Part shown: piece after piece, positions 26,450-37,999 of the stretch
Layout: each line of letters starts with the position of its first letter
How positions within the stretch are numbered: the first letter of the stretch is position 1
NCBI GenBank assembly: GCA_040954595.2
Contig: CM082576.2
Coordinates: 19,887,028 to 19,951,027 of the forward strand
DNA length: 64,000 nucleotides
Source: Balanoglossus misakiensis
Lineage: Eukaryota > Animalia > Hemichordata
Direction: 5' to 3'
Notes under the pieces: generated by a model
The model's database searches: none
The model's input: only the letters and a program-made list of their open reading frames with translations
Told to the model about the DNA's origin: nothing
Translations under genes and position numbers: made by a program

Positions 26450-26640
26450 TTCTTGTGCAAGAGATAGTATCTTGTTCCAGCGAGATGTTTTCTCGTGTGC
26501 ACGAGAAACATGCTATCTCGTGCATATCTCGTGCGCACGAGAATTGCGAGCGCACTCGTGTTCACGAGAAAATATCACATGCACACGTAAGTCGTGCGCA
26601 CGAGATAAAAAAATGTGCCCTGTAGTCTTTCTTAGGACAT
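26450..26640. repeat. CTCGTGCGCACGAG palindromic subrepeat cluster (MITE-like)
   Basis: Repeated TCTCGTG/CACGAGA motifs. Confidence 0.45.
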
Positions 26641-29327
26641 GGTAGCGTGACGTCGCATTGTAATTAACGGACGATCTTGGAAATTCGGCTATTAATGGTG
26701 AATGGACTTTCGCCTCCTTCGAACAACAACAGAGACTGACGTCGCAACAATGACAGAAAAAGTGAAGCAAATGGCCGACAAAACGAAGAGAATCGGAAAA
26801 CGGGCAGGATCCTCGGCACAGACATCTGGGAATAATACCACCACATCAAATAGAACGACGAGTAGTGCAGGACAAACCGCCACCAGTGACTATGACAACA
26901 AGTCTGAAGGCGATGCTGGCGAACCCTTGCACAATACAACTACAGTCCTACAGAGAAATGCAGCCCAGCGCCACTCAAGATTTTCCATTCCTGGTCTGGC
27001 AGCAGCCAAAATATGTTGTTGTTTTTTCTCTTAGAAGCGACCTCAGTCTGAGCTGCATGAGAATAAACTGTAGGTTGGGAATACAACAAAAAAACACGCA
27101 GTCGCTGCGGTCAACACGTAGCTATTAGTTTCGGTTTTATGTTCGCTACAGCTCGGAAACCAAAATGTGGTACAACTTCAAGCTACATAAACTGGAAAGC
27201 ATAGTACGTGCAGAGCAGACCATGCCCATGGTGACGAAAGCAGGTATTCTAGGTCGTAAGATAAAAACACGGCGCTAGAAAAACAGTCATCAAAAGTTGC
27301 ACGTGTTCCCCGGCCAAAAATAATGTAATTGTTGGCGCACAGAAAGTCCAGTCGATAAACGTTTACGCTATAGAAACTCACTCTCTCAGCAAAAGTCTGA
27401 CACCCTCGTCAATGACAAAACGCAAACCGAGCTGGGTATGATCAAGTCAAACATAGGGCCAATCCCCACTCTGTGTTTTATTATTTTCCACATACGATGG
27501 TTCTAAATAAAAATGTACCTATTTGAAATGCTTACCGAGGTAAGATCATTGAAAGTTTTCAAACGTTGATGACAAATGTATAACTGATTTTTTACAAATG
27601 AATAATCGCGCACTTGCATGTTATTTTCTCTATACCAGACACCGCGCGCGCGCCGTTGGCAAAAAAAAAACGCGGAAAATTATTGAGCATGCGCAGTCGA
27701 TACTTCACAATGTAAACAAGATGGCGTCGCTGCCTATGCTTCTCGACCGCTGTCGCCTGACTATGTCGGCAAAGAAGAGACGAATTTAACCATGCAACGC
27801 CATATCGGAAGACAGAATGATCGCGAGATGAAACCGGGCTATCCAACGATTAGGCAGCCATGTTGACTGATTGGTATGTCGCCGAAGTAATTATTTGCCA
27901 TTGATTTGTTTACCAGAAACGGTTTGCCTTTGGAACACATTTGGCCTCACCGAAATTGATTTCAGAGGTTTTTTCCCAAAAACTAATGACGTTCGTTTTC
28001 ACCTGAGTGCGAGGATGGATTGAAGGGACACAAGCTTTTGTAGCCACCAATATTTTGACACTCTTTATATCAATGTTGAGCTGGCATATTTGCTCCAATA
28101 TGATGTAGTGTACCTGTTGCATTGAAATGAAGCTGTAATAATATTACAGTGCAATCTAGTCCTTTGGGTTAATAGGAAAACGAGGTCAATAAATGACAGG
28201 TTTATTTAAATACAGGATATATTTATCACAAGCACTTATGCATATGTATGAGATACTTATTTATTTTTAATTTATTTTTTATTTTTTATTTATTTTGTAC
28301 GTTCAGGTAATCATATGGATTTGTATGGAATCACATACACATTAATTGAAGACTATCATATCACAGAAGTCGAGCCGCCAGATGTGTAAGGTAACCATTT
28401 AGGTTTCATGACTAAGTTTGTTTAAGAATTCATAAAGCTACCCAATGAATGAATTTCCTTAAAATTTCACAAATGTGACAGAGTTTGCAGTTGTGCAAGA
28501 AAGTGTGTATTATTCACATAAGAATTTTTTCGTATGCATTTTTCTGATGGCAATGCATTTGACTGTAAACAAATATGGATGTCAGTTAGTAGTGCTATTT
28601 TGTCAGTGAAATGGCTTCATCATCATCCCTCCAACCAAAGTTGAAACAGAGTTGCAAATATTGCACAGCTTGAAATCATAAAATGTTGCAAAATTGAACC
28701 AACCCTTTGGTCAACGATTATGTTCTTACAGCTATTATTAGAACCAGACAGTCTCAGGGAACAAGAGACATGGGCCTGATTGGAAGTTGAGTTAGAACTG
28801 CCTTTGCCTGCCCACGGACGCCCCAATTTCAGCAAAAATTATTGCATTAAAATATGAGTATGGAGAACTATGCTCTGCGTTTCTTTTGTTAGCTTACATA
28901 GCTGTTGTCATTCTAGTTTTTCCTCCGTCCTGTGAGCAGAGTTTCAGTTGCGAAAACCGACAGTTCTCAAAGTACAAAAGTACACCTAAATTGCCTCGGT
29001 GATGAGCATGCAGAATTTATCTGATGCTTCTTACTGGCAGAAGGACCCCACCAGTTGCAGATTGTGAATTCCATGGCACAAGGGAATTTACGCTTTGCGT
29101 TCAAATATAAATAATTAAATCCTGTAAAATTATTCTATATGTTATTTATTGATGATTCAAAAGTGTTATGACTGATTGTGTTAGAGTACCTGTATTCCAT
29201 ATAAGCATGCTGTCAGTGCACATCCGATTGATAACAATTTCACATTTTTAAAAATTTGCTTCTCTGAATAATTATGAATACATAAAACTTCATATGATAT
29301 AAATTGTCCTGATATCGTAAACATTAA

Positions 29328-29782
29328 ACCCCGATGCGTGGTATAAAAGACCCCCCAAATCAGTGGCGAATCTTAATGCCGTTTGACTGACAACAGACAA
29401 CACCAACGATCTTGGCTCTAATGATCTTGGCTCTATGAAAATCGGCCCAAACAGATCCAAGCATAAAGAATTACACCACACAATGACAGTGGTTGGCTTT
29501 ATAAACACACACAACATAAAGTTATCGATGAAAAAGTACACGAGCTTTTGAAACAACGATGATTTTGGGAGAAATCTGGTTTCAGTGCTTTTCAGAAGCA
29601 TCCCTGGGAAACAATAACCACGCCATTCAAACAGCTGTCAATCGCATAGAGGTGTAAAGTGTTCAATTATTTTCTATGTACATGAGATCAATTACACAGT
29701 TATTATGCACGACGACCACTCCCAAATAAACAACTGTACAAACACACGTTAATCCGAACCCCAGTACTTTCCGCACCGGGGT
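29328..29782. mobile_element. 455-bp MITE with TTAA TSD
   Basis: TTAA|ACCCCGATGCG ... CGCACCGGGGT|TTAA. The paralogous empty site GGCCTTAATG is at ~19497-19506. Confidence 0.85.
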
Positions 29783-30877
29783 TTAAGGCCTAATGCTAGT
29801 GTCACAACATTGATTACCAGACCGTTTCCCTCTGTATGTATGTATGTATGTATGTATGTATGTATGCAGCCATGTATGCATGTGTTTGTGTGTGTGTGTA
29901 CATGTGTGTATGCATGTTACATGTATATATGGATGTATGTCTGCCCTGATCCAAAACATGAAACCATGCTTTTTTTATTTTGGTGTGTAGATGGGATTTT
30001 GCTGAAATGAAGTTGTCAATGCAAAAATACGCAAATAACCTGTGAAATATGTGGAATTGATCAAAACTCAACAACTGGTTAGACTGCTTTGAACATTTGT
30101 ATGCATGTAGGTAATGTCATCATACCTGATATACTTTGAGTTTATATCGTGAATTGTCTATTTTTTATGCAATTATTTTGTCTTGTTTTACCATTTGAAA
30201 AAAAATCTTTTCCTCTTAAAGAGATTGGCTGATTTCTTTAGAATTTAGTATGACACTTCCGGTAGGTGATCTTAGTTGGTTTTGTTTAAATTGTCGCAGA
30301 ATTTGTAATCTGTCATTTTTGGTCAAAATTCATTTTCTGAGAAACTCCTTAGATTGCTTTTAAATTTTGGTATGCTTGTTCCAAGAGGTAACCCAAGTAA
30401 TGTTGTATATCATTTTGGTGAAATTTACATATTGTGGTCTTGGGGCAATTTTTGCAATTTGTATTCTTTGAAACTACTAGTCAGATTGCTTTCAACTTTG
30501 GTAGGCGTGGTGATTGAAGTAGATATTATACAATTTGTTGATAGTTGGATAGATGTGGTTTGAGGCAGTTTTTGTCATTGTTGAATGTTGTTTTCCCTAA
30601 AATACTTGTCTGGTTCCTTTGAAATGTTCTTACAGTAGGTCATATCTGCTTGCCAATGTCACATGATTTTTCCCATGAACACAGACATACCTAATTTTGT
30701 GTAATCCCCAGATGGGACCACAGTGTGTAATAACCTGACCAACAGTGACTAGTATATCCTGTGTGTTATACAGTACTTCTCACAAGGTTGAAGTACATGT
30801 AGACTGTTGATGATTTTTTGCGATTCTTCAGAAACTTACAATACAGAGTCTAATGTGGTAACGTCCATGGTCACATT

Positions 30878-32370
30878 AGTCCTGTTTCAAAATGACCTAC
30901 ATTACACGTCCTATACACATGTATTGCATGTTTTGATTGGTTTATCCGCTTCTCTTAGGTCCACTTGCGGCACGCTGATTGGAGGGACCTTGTAGGTTAG
31001 GTCTTATTATTATGTATTATTCACTAGACCTTGTAGGTTAGGTCTTATTACTATGCATTTTTCGCTTTACAGCTCCCTGATTGGTTAACGTGTCAGTCTG
31101 GTCCCCCATGTGTTCACTGCCTCATAATACAGGACCTTGTAGGTTAGGTCATATTAATATGTATTTATTCACCATACAGCTCCCTGATTGGTTAACGTGT
31201 CAGTCTGGTCTCCCAGTGTTCACTGCCTCATTGTGAAATGTCCCATGTGCTTCCTGGCTAGCGTTGTGGTAACACATTATTCGGGATGTCCGCAGGTCAT
31301 TCATTAATTTTCTGAGAAATAGCCTGACTGATACTATCTCCAACATAAACCGCACCCTGGAAAGATTAAAATTTTTAGATGGACTTCGAAAATCTGATTA
31401 ACACATTTAAGCATTTTTGCTAACAGTTGTATATTTTCTTAAATCACCCTCCTACTTCTCATCATCAATATTATTATTGTTGTTTTACTATTTTAAAGTA
31501 AATTTGTTTTGACGTAGATGTTGTGAAAAGGAGTACGTTGTCCGTTTATACATTCGTATATTGTTTTCATAAAAATGGAACTATGACGGTGCAGCTTCGT
31601 GAAAGAAGTACAATAAAAGTAATCATACCTGTAAAGCAACTAATGAGGTATCCCAATTAAAGAAATGCAATGCTATTCTAAACAGTTCTATTTTAAGATA
31701 TTTTTGGTTTGCTCGAATGAATGGCACACACTTCGTATTCAGCCAGGTGTTACACGAAGTGATGCGCTGAAAAGCATTACGTAACAAAACACTAGCCCAT
31801 TTCAACAAACCGCCACTGGAAATAAAATAAAAAAATTCTCCTGGCAATTTTTATTTCGAGTATCTAGTTCACAGTATCACAAAAAAATGCCATGAATAGT
31901 GAAGGAAAGGTTAAATCCAATCATTATATGAGTGCCTTTCTTTATACACTGGGATCGAGCTTCGACAACACGCAGGCAGCATGCCAGACAGAATACGACA
32001 ACTGTATTCAGAAAGTACAAAAGACTTTGCATAACGAGGCAGTGAAAATTGGAGACCTACACATTAACCAATCAGGGAGCTGAAAATTGAATAAATGCAT
32101 GTTAATAAGACCTAACCTACAAGGTCCTGCATAATGAGGCAGTGAACACTGGAGGACCAGACCTACACATTAACCAATCAGGGAGCTGTAAAGTGAATAA
32201 TACATAGTAATAAGACCTAACCTACAAGGTCTAGTGAATAATACATAATAATAAGACCTAACACATAAGGTCCCTCCAATCACCGTGCCTCAAGTGGACC
32301 TAAGATTACCAGATGGACCAATCACAGATGTCGGTACATATGTCATGGACCTGACTTATGAAACATGACT
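30878..32370. mobile_element. 1.5-kb non-autonomous foldback-type DNA transposon
   Basis: ATT|AGTCCTGTTTCA ... TGAAACATGACT|ATT, with ~350-bp internally repetitive inverted arms (30935-31231 vs 32030-32325). The empty site CTGAATGTGACC is at ~18389-18400. Confidence 0.8.
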
Positions 32371-35300
32371 ATTCAGAACTACCTAGTCTATGCCCGGCAG
32401 TGTTCTGTCCGCTTTGCTTCCAAAACTAATGTCTGGCCTCACTCATGCCACTTGCCCAATAAACTAATACCCCTTGCTGTGAATTATGATGTAACTAGCG
32501 TCGCTTTGAAGCCTATCACATTCCTGAACAGTGTTGATTTGGTGTAAGATTATAGTGAAGGCAGGGCTTATTACATTGAAAATGCTACCCAACCTTAATT
32601 ACACGTATGTATATCCTTTGTCTAATCATTGGAAAAACAATGTACATGTACCAAAGACTAAGTAGCTATTTGAAGGTGAAACGCAAGTGGGCACTTTCAT
32701 TACTTAACCTCAAGCAGTCGGTTAGCTACCGTATACTAAGACAAACATTCCTGGTGTAATTAACATCACTGTCATTAGTAATATCTATCTCCAATCAGTA
32801 TCAGTTCTGCCTTTATGTTATTTTAAGTCAATTGTCAAGGTTCATGTACATATATTACAGCTTAACTGTCTTGTCAAAAACTTACGCATGTACATGTACC
32901 TAATTCTAGGCTTACCTGTAGGGTTAGAGATACAGTGTTTTATATTAATATGCATTAATATGAAACTAAAATTTGATGGTTAATTTAAGACCCCCCTGAG
33001 CAATGGTAACCTCGTTAAATATGTGCATATCTAATTCTAGGCTATTCAGCTGAAGTAGAAACCTGGACATGGACAACTTCGGGGTCAAAATCTTTTGACA
33101 AACATTTGTGTGATCTTGGGTAAACTTTGACCTACATTCCTATATTTTAGCATCCGGAGCAGATACAACCTTGACACTTGGAGTGATGGAACTATTTGAT
33201 TTAGTATTATGTCTTGCCTCATTAATTATGTACTTACCTAATGCCAGCCTAACCAATAGGGCTGGAAGTCTGGCTTTTTGGACATGATAAATTTGAGATC
33301 AACATTTTTCTACAGCAGCCAGCCTTCTCTTAAAAAGAATGGACAATATAAAGGCTTTGATGGTATACTGAACTTTTGACTCCCTCCCTGAGACTGTGTG
33401 CCAATGACGGGATAGCCTACTCAGCGTTGGGTAGATCCTAAGAAGGCCTCAGCCAGGCATCAAATACAAAAAGCGGAAATCCAAGCTTTAATGGTGGGTT
33501 ACATCGTTAACTTCCCTGCAGAGCTGATTTCTCAGACTGTGAGCCAATGACGGGTAAAGCCCCTAGGTAGGGGCCACCTAAGACAGGCCGGTCATGCTTT
33601 AATCACAAAGAAGGGCAAGTTTAGTCTTACCACAACTTTGTCTGCTGTATATGCTTCATTAAGATTGCAGAGTATTTTGAGAATACATTGTGTTAAGGCA
33701 GTGTGACCAGCTAAAAAGTACTGGCAAACACAGCCAATGTGTAATGAAAAACATCTAATTTGGCTGAATAAAAGACATAAAACACAGCAAAAGCACTGTG
33801 ACTAGCTGAGACAAAATACTCCATTATGCAGTTCCATCACTCCAAGTGTCAAGGATGTATCTGTGCCGGATGCCAAGATATAGGAATGTAGGTCAAAGTT
33901 TACCCAAGATCACCCAACATTTTGTCAAAAGATTTTGACCCCAAAGTTGTCCATGTCCAGGTTTCTACCGCAACTGGATAGCCTAGAATTAGATATGTAC
34001 ATATTTAATGAGGTTACCATGGATCAAGGCAGTCCTAAGTAAACCATCAAATTTTTAAATTCATGTTAATTCATGTTAATATAAAACGCTGTATCTCTAA
34101 CCCACTGGTATGCCATTCTGTGTTTCATGCTACCCAATATGGGTAAGTAGGTAAAAAGTCACCCTAGGCCATCTGAAATTTTGCTGAAAAAATCTCGTCT
34201 CTTACATATGTACATTTGGTAAAAGGGAAATTTTAATCACGGAGTAGAACATATTCATAAAAAATATTTGAGGGAAAGAAGGAAGTTTTTCATAGCTTTG
34301 GTGCGTCAAATAGTAGAGAGGTTCCCTTGTTATCCTTAGACTCAAACTCAGAGTTTCCAATCTTTCAGTATTTTCATGATATTACTTTCCATCTTAGATT
34401 TGTTCATCTAAACAAACTGACTGATAGGTATACATGAACATTTTATTGACTAATGAATGTGCCTGTATGTTGCAATTTAAAGAAGTCAGATATTAAACGA
34501 GCGCCACACCTGTTTTAATCAGCCTCCATATGGAGGGTACACATCGCAGAGAGATGACAAACCCCATGCAAATTCAAGTAATATGGCTCAATGGTGCTGA
34601 TTTTAAAGGATAGGTGGATGATTTGAAAAATGTTATTGTGGAAAAAGATGTGTAAAATTTGGCAGCTTGTGAGGCTTTAATTGTAAAATCTTTGAAATGT
34701 GTTTTACTCTTTAGGTCCAATTTTGTATATGTCAATATACCATTGGGACCAATGTGAAATTGTTCTAAACTCAGAAACTCAAGAAGGTACTGGTCAGATT
34801 GCTTTAGAAATTGGTGTGTATTTATGTTATTGAGACTTTATACAGATTTTATTTTTCATTTTTGAAGTATATTTTGGGGTGATTTTGGTCGTCATATACT
34901 CAGAAACCTCTACCCACATTTTTTTTAAAATTTGGTTTGCATGTTCTTAGGTGTGATTTTATGACAATTTAACAAACCCAGTGATGGAAGTGACAATATT
35001 TTTTTTTTTTTTTGGCAATTACTGCCATTTTTGTCTGATTGCTTCGCAATTTAGTTTGCAGTTTCTAGGGAATTCTTACTGTGGTGCACAAAATTCACAA
35101 AGGTGATTTACTATCCTCATGCGCTTTGTTGAACTGGCACCCTGTTGCAAAACAGACATTACAACACTCTTTGAATTGAATTCATAGCTACCAATTTTTC
35201 GGGGGTGTAGCACCTTTTTTATGCCTAAAACTTTGATCGAGAACTTCAAATTAAATGCAACCCTCCAAATATTTGCAATATTTCAGGTAAAATGATTTCA

Positions 35301-36559
35301 TTTTAAAGCATAAATTTTGATGTATTCATAATCATTAAGAGAAACACATTTTGAAAATAGAATATTAATCACACTAGCAGTCATAATACTTTTGAATCAT
35401 CACTTAAGAACATATAGAAAAATTAAACAGGTGTTAATTATTTATATTTGAACGCAAAGCGTAAATTCCCTTGTGCCATGGAATTGACAATCTGCAACTG
35501 GTGGGGTCCTTCTGCCAGTAAAAAGCATCAGATAAATTCTGCATGCTCATCACCGAGGCAATTTAGGTGTACTTTTGTACTTTGAGAACTGTCGGTTTTC
35601 GCAACTGAAACTCTGTTCACAGGACAGAGGAAAAACTAGAATGACAACAGCTATGTAAGCTAACAAAAGGAACACAGAGCATAGTTCTCCATACTCACAT
35701 TTTGATGCAATAATTTTTGCTGAAACTGGGGCGTCCGTGGGCAGGCAAAGGCAGTTCTAACTCGACTTGCAAATAAGGCCCATGTCTCTTGTTCGCTGAG
35801 ATTGTCTGGTTCTAATAATAGCTGTAAGAACTTGATCATTGACCGAACTGTTGGTTCAATTTTGCAACATTTTATGATTTCAAGCTGTGCAATATTTGCA
35901 ACTCAGTTTCAACTTTGGTTGGAGGGATGATGATGAAGCCATTTCACTGACAAAATAGCGCTACTGACTGATGTCAATGTTTGTTTACAGTCAAATGCAT
36001 TGCCATCATAAAAATACATGTGAGAAATTTCCTATGTGTATGATACACACTTTTGTGCATGACTGCAAACTCTGTTACAGTTGTGAAATTCTAAGGGTTG
36101 AATTCATTGGGTAGAATTCATGTTTTTTGGATTCTTAAACAACCAGTCACGAAAGCTAAGTGGTTACCTCAGAGAAACTGTGTTAAATTTGGTCATCAAT
36201 TGCTTTAAATCACACAAGACATTCCCAGAGCTAAAGTTACTGCAGCAGTCAGTTTCAACTCAGCTTGCAAATTGGGATCATGTCTTGTGTTCATCGAGAC
36301 TGTCTGTAGTCGAGTTGACAGTCCTATGGGGTCAATGATGAACCTACAAATGTTCTTTCCAATGAAATTGTTATAAATCTAATATTCAGGATTTGCATTC
36401 ATACCTTAAACAATATAACTGTATTGCAAATATGGCAACTCTTCTAAGTTGCATTGGAACACCTTCTCGCCACTGTTTGTGCCAAAATGGTGAATAAGCT
36501 TTCATTTTCAAGCCTTAACATAGGCACCCAAAACAAGACAACAGCATTGCAAATATGGC

Positions 36560-37390
36560 ATTTTTTGTTCAACTCTTCTCATTTGCATAGTCCAAAATGG
36601 CCGCCAAACTCCTCTAACATGTAAATTTCCTATGGTCGTCTTAAATAGTGTGTAGTATCGCATTTGAAGGGTTTTCATCAATATGGGTACCTAAAACAAT
36701 TTCAACGTGGTTGACATTGCAATGTTAGACAGCTGTTCTAATTTGCATAATCTAGAATGGCCGACAAACTTCTCTAACATGTAAATTTACTATGGTTGTC
36801 TTTAATAGTGTGTAATATCGCATTTGCAGGGTTTTCATCAATATGGGTACCTAAAACAATTTCAACGTCGTTGACATGGCAATATTAGACAACTGTTCTA
36901 ATTTGCATAATCCAAATGGCCGACAAACTTCTCTAACATGTAAATTTACTATGGTTGTCTTTAATAGTGTGTAATATCGCATTTGCAGGGTTTTCATCAA
37001 TATGGGTACCTAAAACAATTTCAACGTCGTTGACATGGCAATATTAGACAACTGTTCTAATTTGCATAATCCAAAATGGCCACCAAACTCTTCTTAAATG
37101 TAAATTTCCCTGTTTTGTCTTATATGGTGCCTAAAATCGCATTTGCAGGGTTTTCATCAATATGGGTAACTAAAACAATTTCAGCGTGGTTGACATGGCA
37201 ATATTAGACAACTGTTCTAATTTGCATAATCCAAATGGCCGACAAACTTCTCTAACATGTAAATTTCCCTGGTTTGTCTTATATGGTGTGTAATATCGCA
37301 TTTTCACGGTTTTAATTAATATGGGTACCTAAAACAATTTCAACGTGGTTGACATGGCAATATTAGACAACTGTTCTAATTTGCATAATT
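36560..37390. repeat. Tandem array of ~159-bp AAAATGGCCGCC-containing units (~5 copies)
   Basis: The motif recurs at ~36594, 36756, 36914, 37074 and 37233. The left arm has only ~2 copies (10858-11090); related copies at 9240-9640. Confidence 0.85.
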
Positions 37391-37999
37391 CGAACACCTG
37401 CTGGATAATTTAATTTTTGCCCTTCTTGTCCCATGATTATATGTGTAATATCTCATTTTCAATGTGTTTACATGTATATATGCAGAATCCATTTCAAACT
37501 AAGTGGGCATATTGTAGCGCCAATCTTATTTCTTAATCCGCACCACAGAACTGATGCAAGGTTTAGGACTGGAAATGTATTTGGCCACTGGCCGACACCC
37601 CGGGCGAGAGGTCTCCAATTATTTTCAGCATGTAGTGTGCTTCCCGGTTGATAACATCAATATGTGTAAATGCCAAAAACCCGACCTATTGTAATACCAG
37701 TCAAATTTTCTTTGTCATTTACCATTTTTCTCTTGCATATGAAGGTTTTTCTTAAAGAGTACATACCCATATACATTTGTATGGGAGCACACATCCCCAC
37801 CCCCTGCCAACAATAATTGGACAACTTTATTCTTCTTATACTTCTTTTTAGTCTAAACATTCATATAGAGAAGGCAACATGTTCTTGAAGCTGCTGACTA
37901 TGGAAATATGATGAAGTACATTTTCCTAGTTGTACATGTACAGTATGATAGGCCCAATGTACCAATTGGAGATGTGTGCCTTACAGGCAACATACATGT

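Larger units (their letters stand above)
27682..37993 (-). repeat. Right arm of giant inverted duplication
   Basis: Reverse complement of 10175-21344, with arm-specific indels. Confidence 0.9.

Noticed and set aside
10175-37993. Palindrome as an assembly or read fold-back artefact
   Set aside because: The arms differ by many substitutions and by independent insertions with their own TSDs; a joined-haplotype error is not fully excluded.
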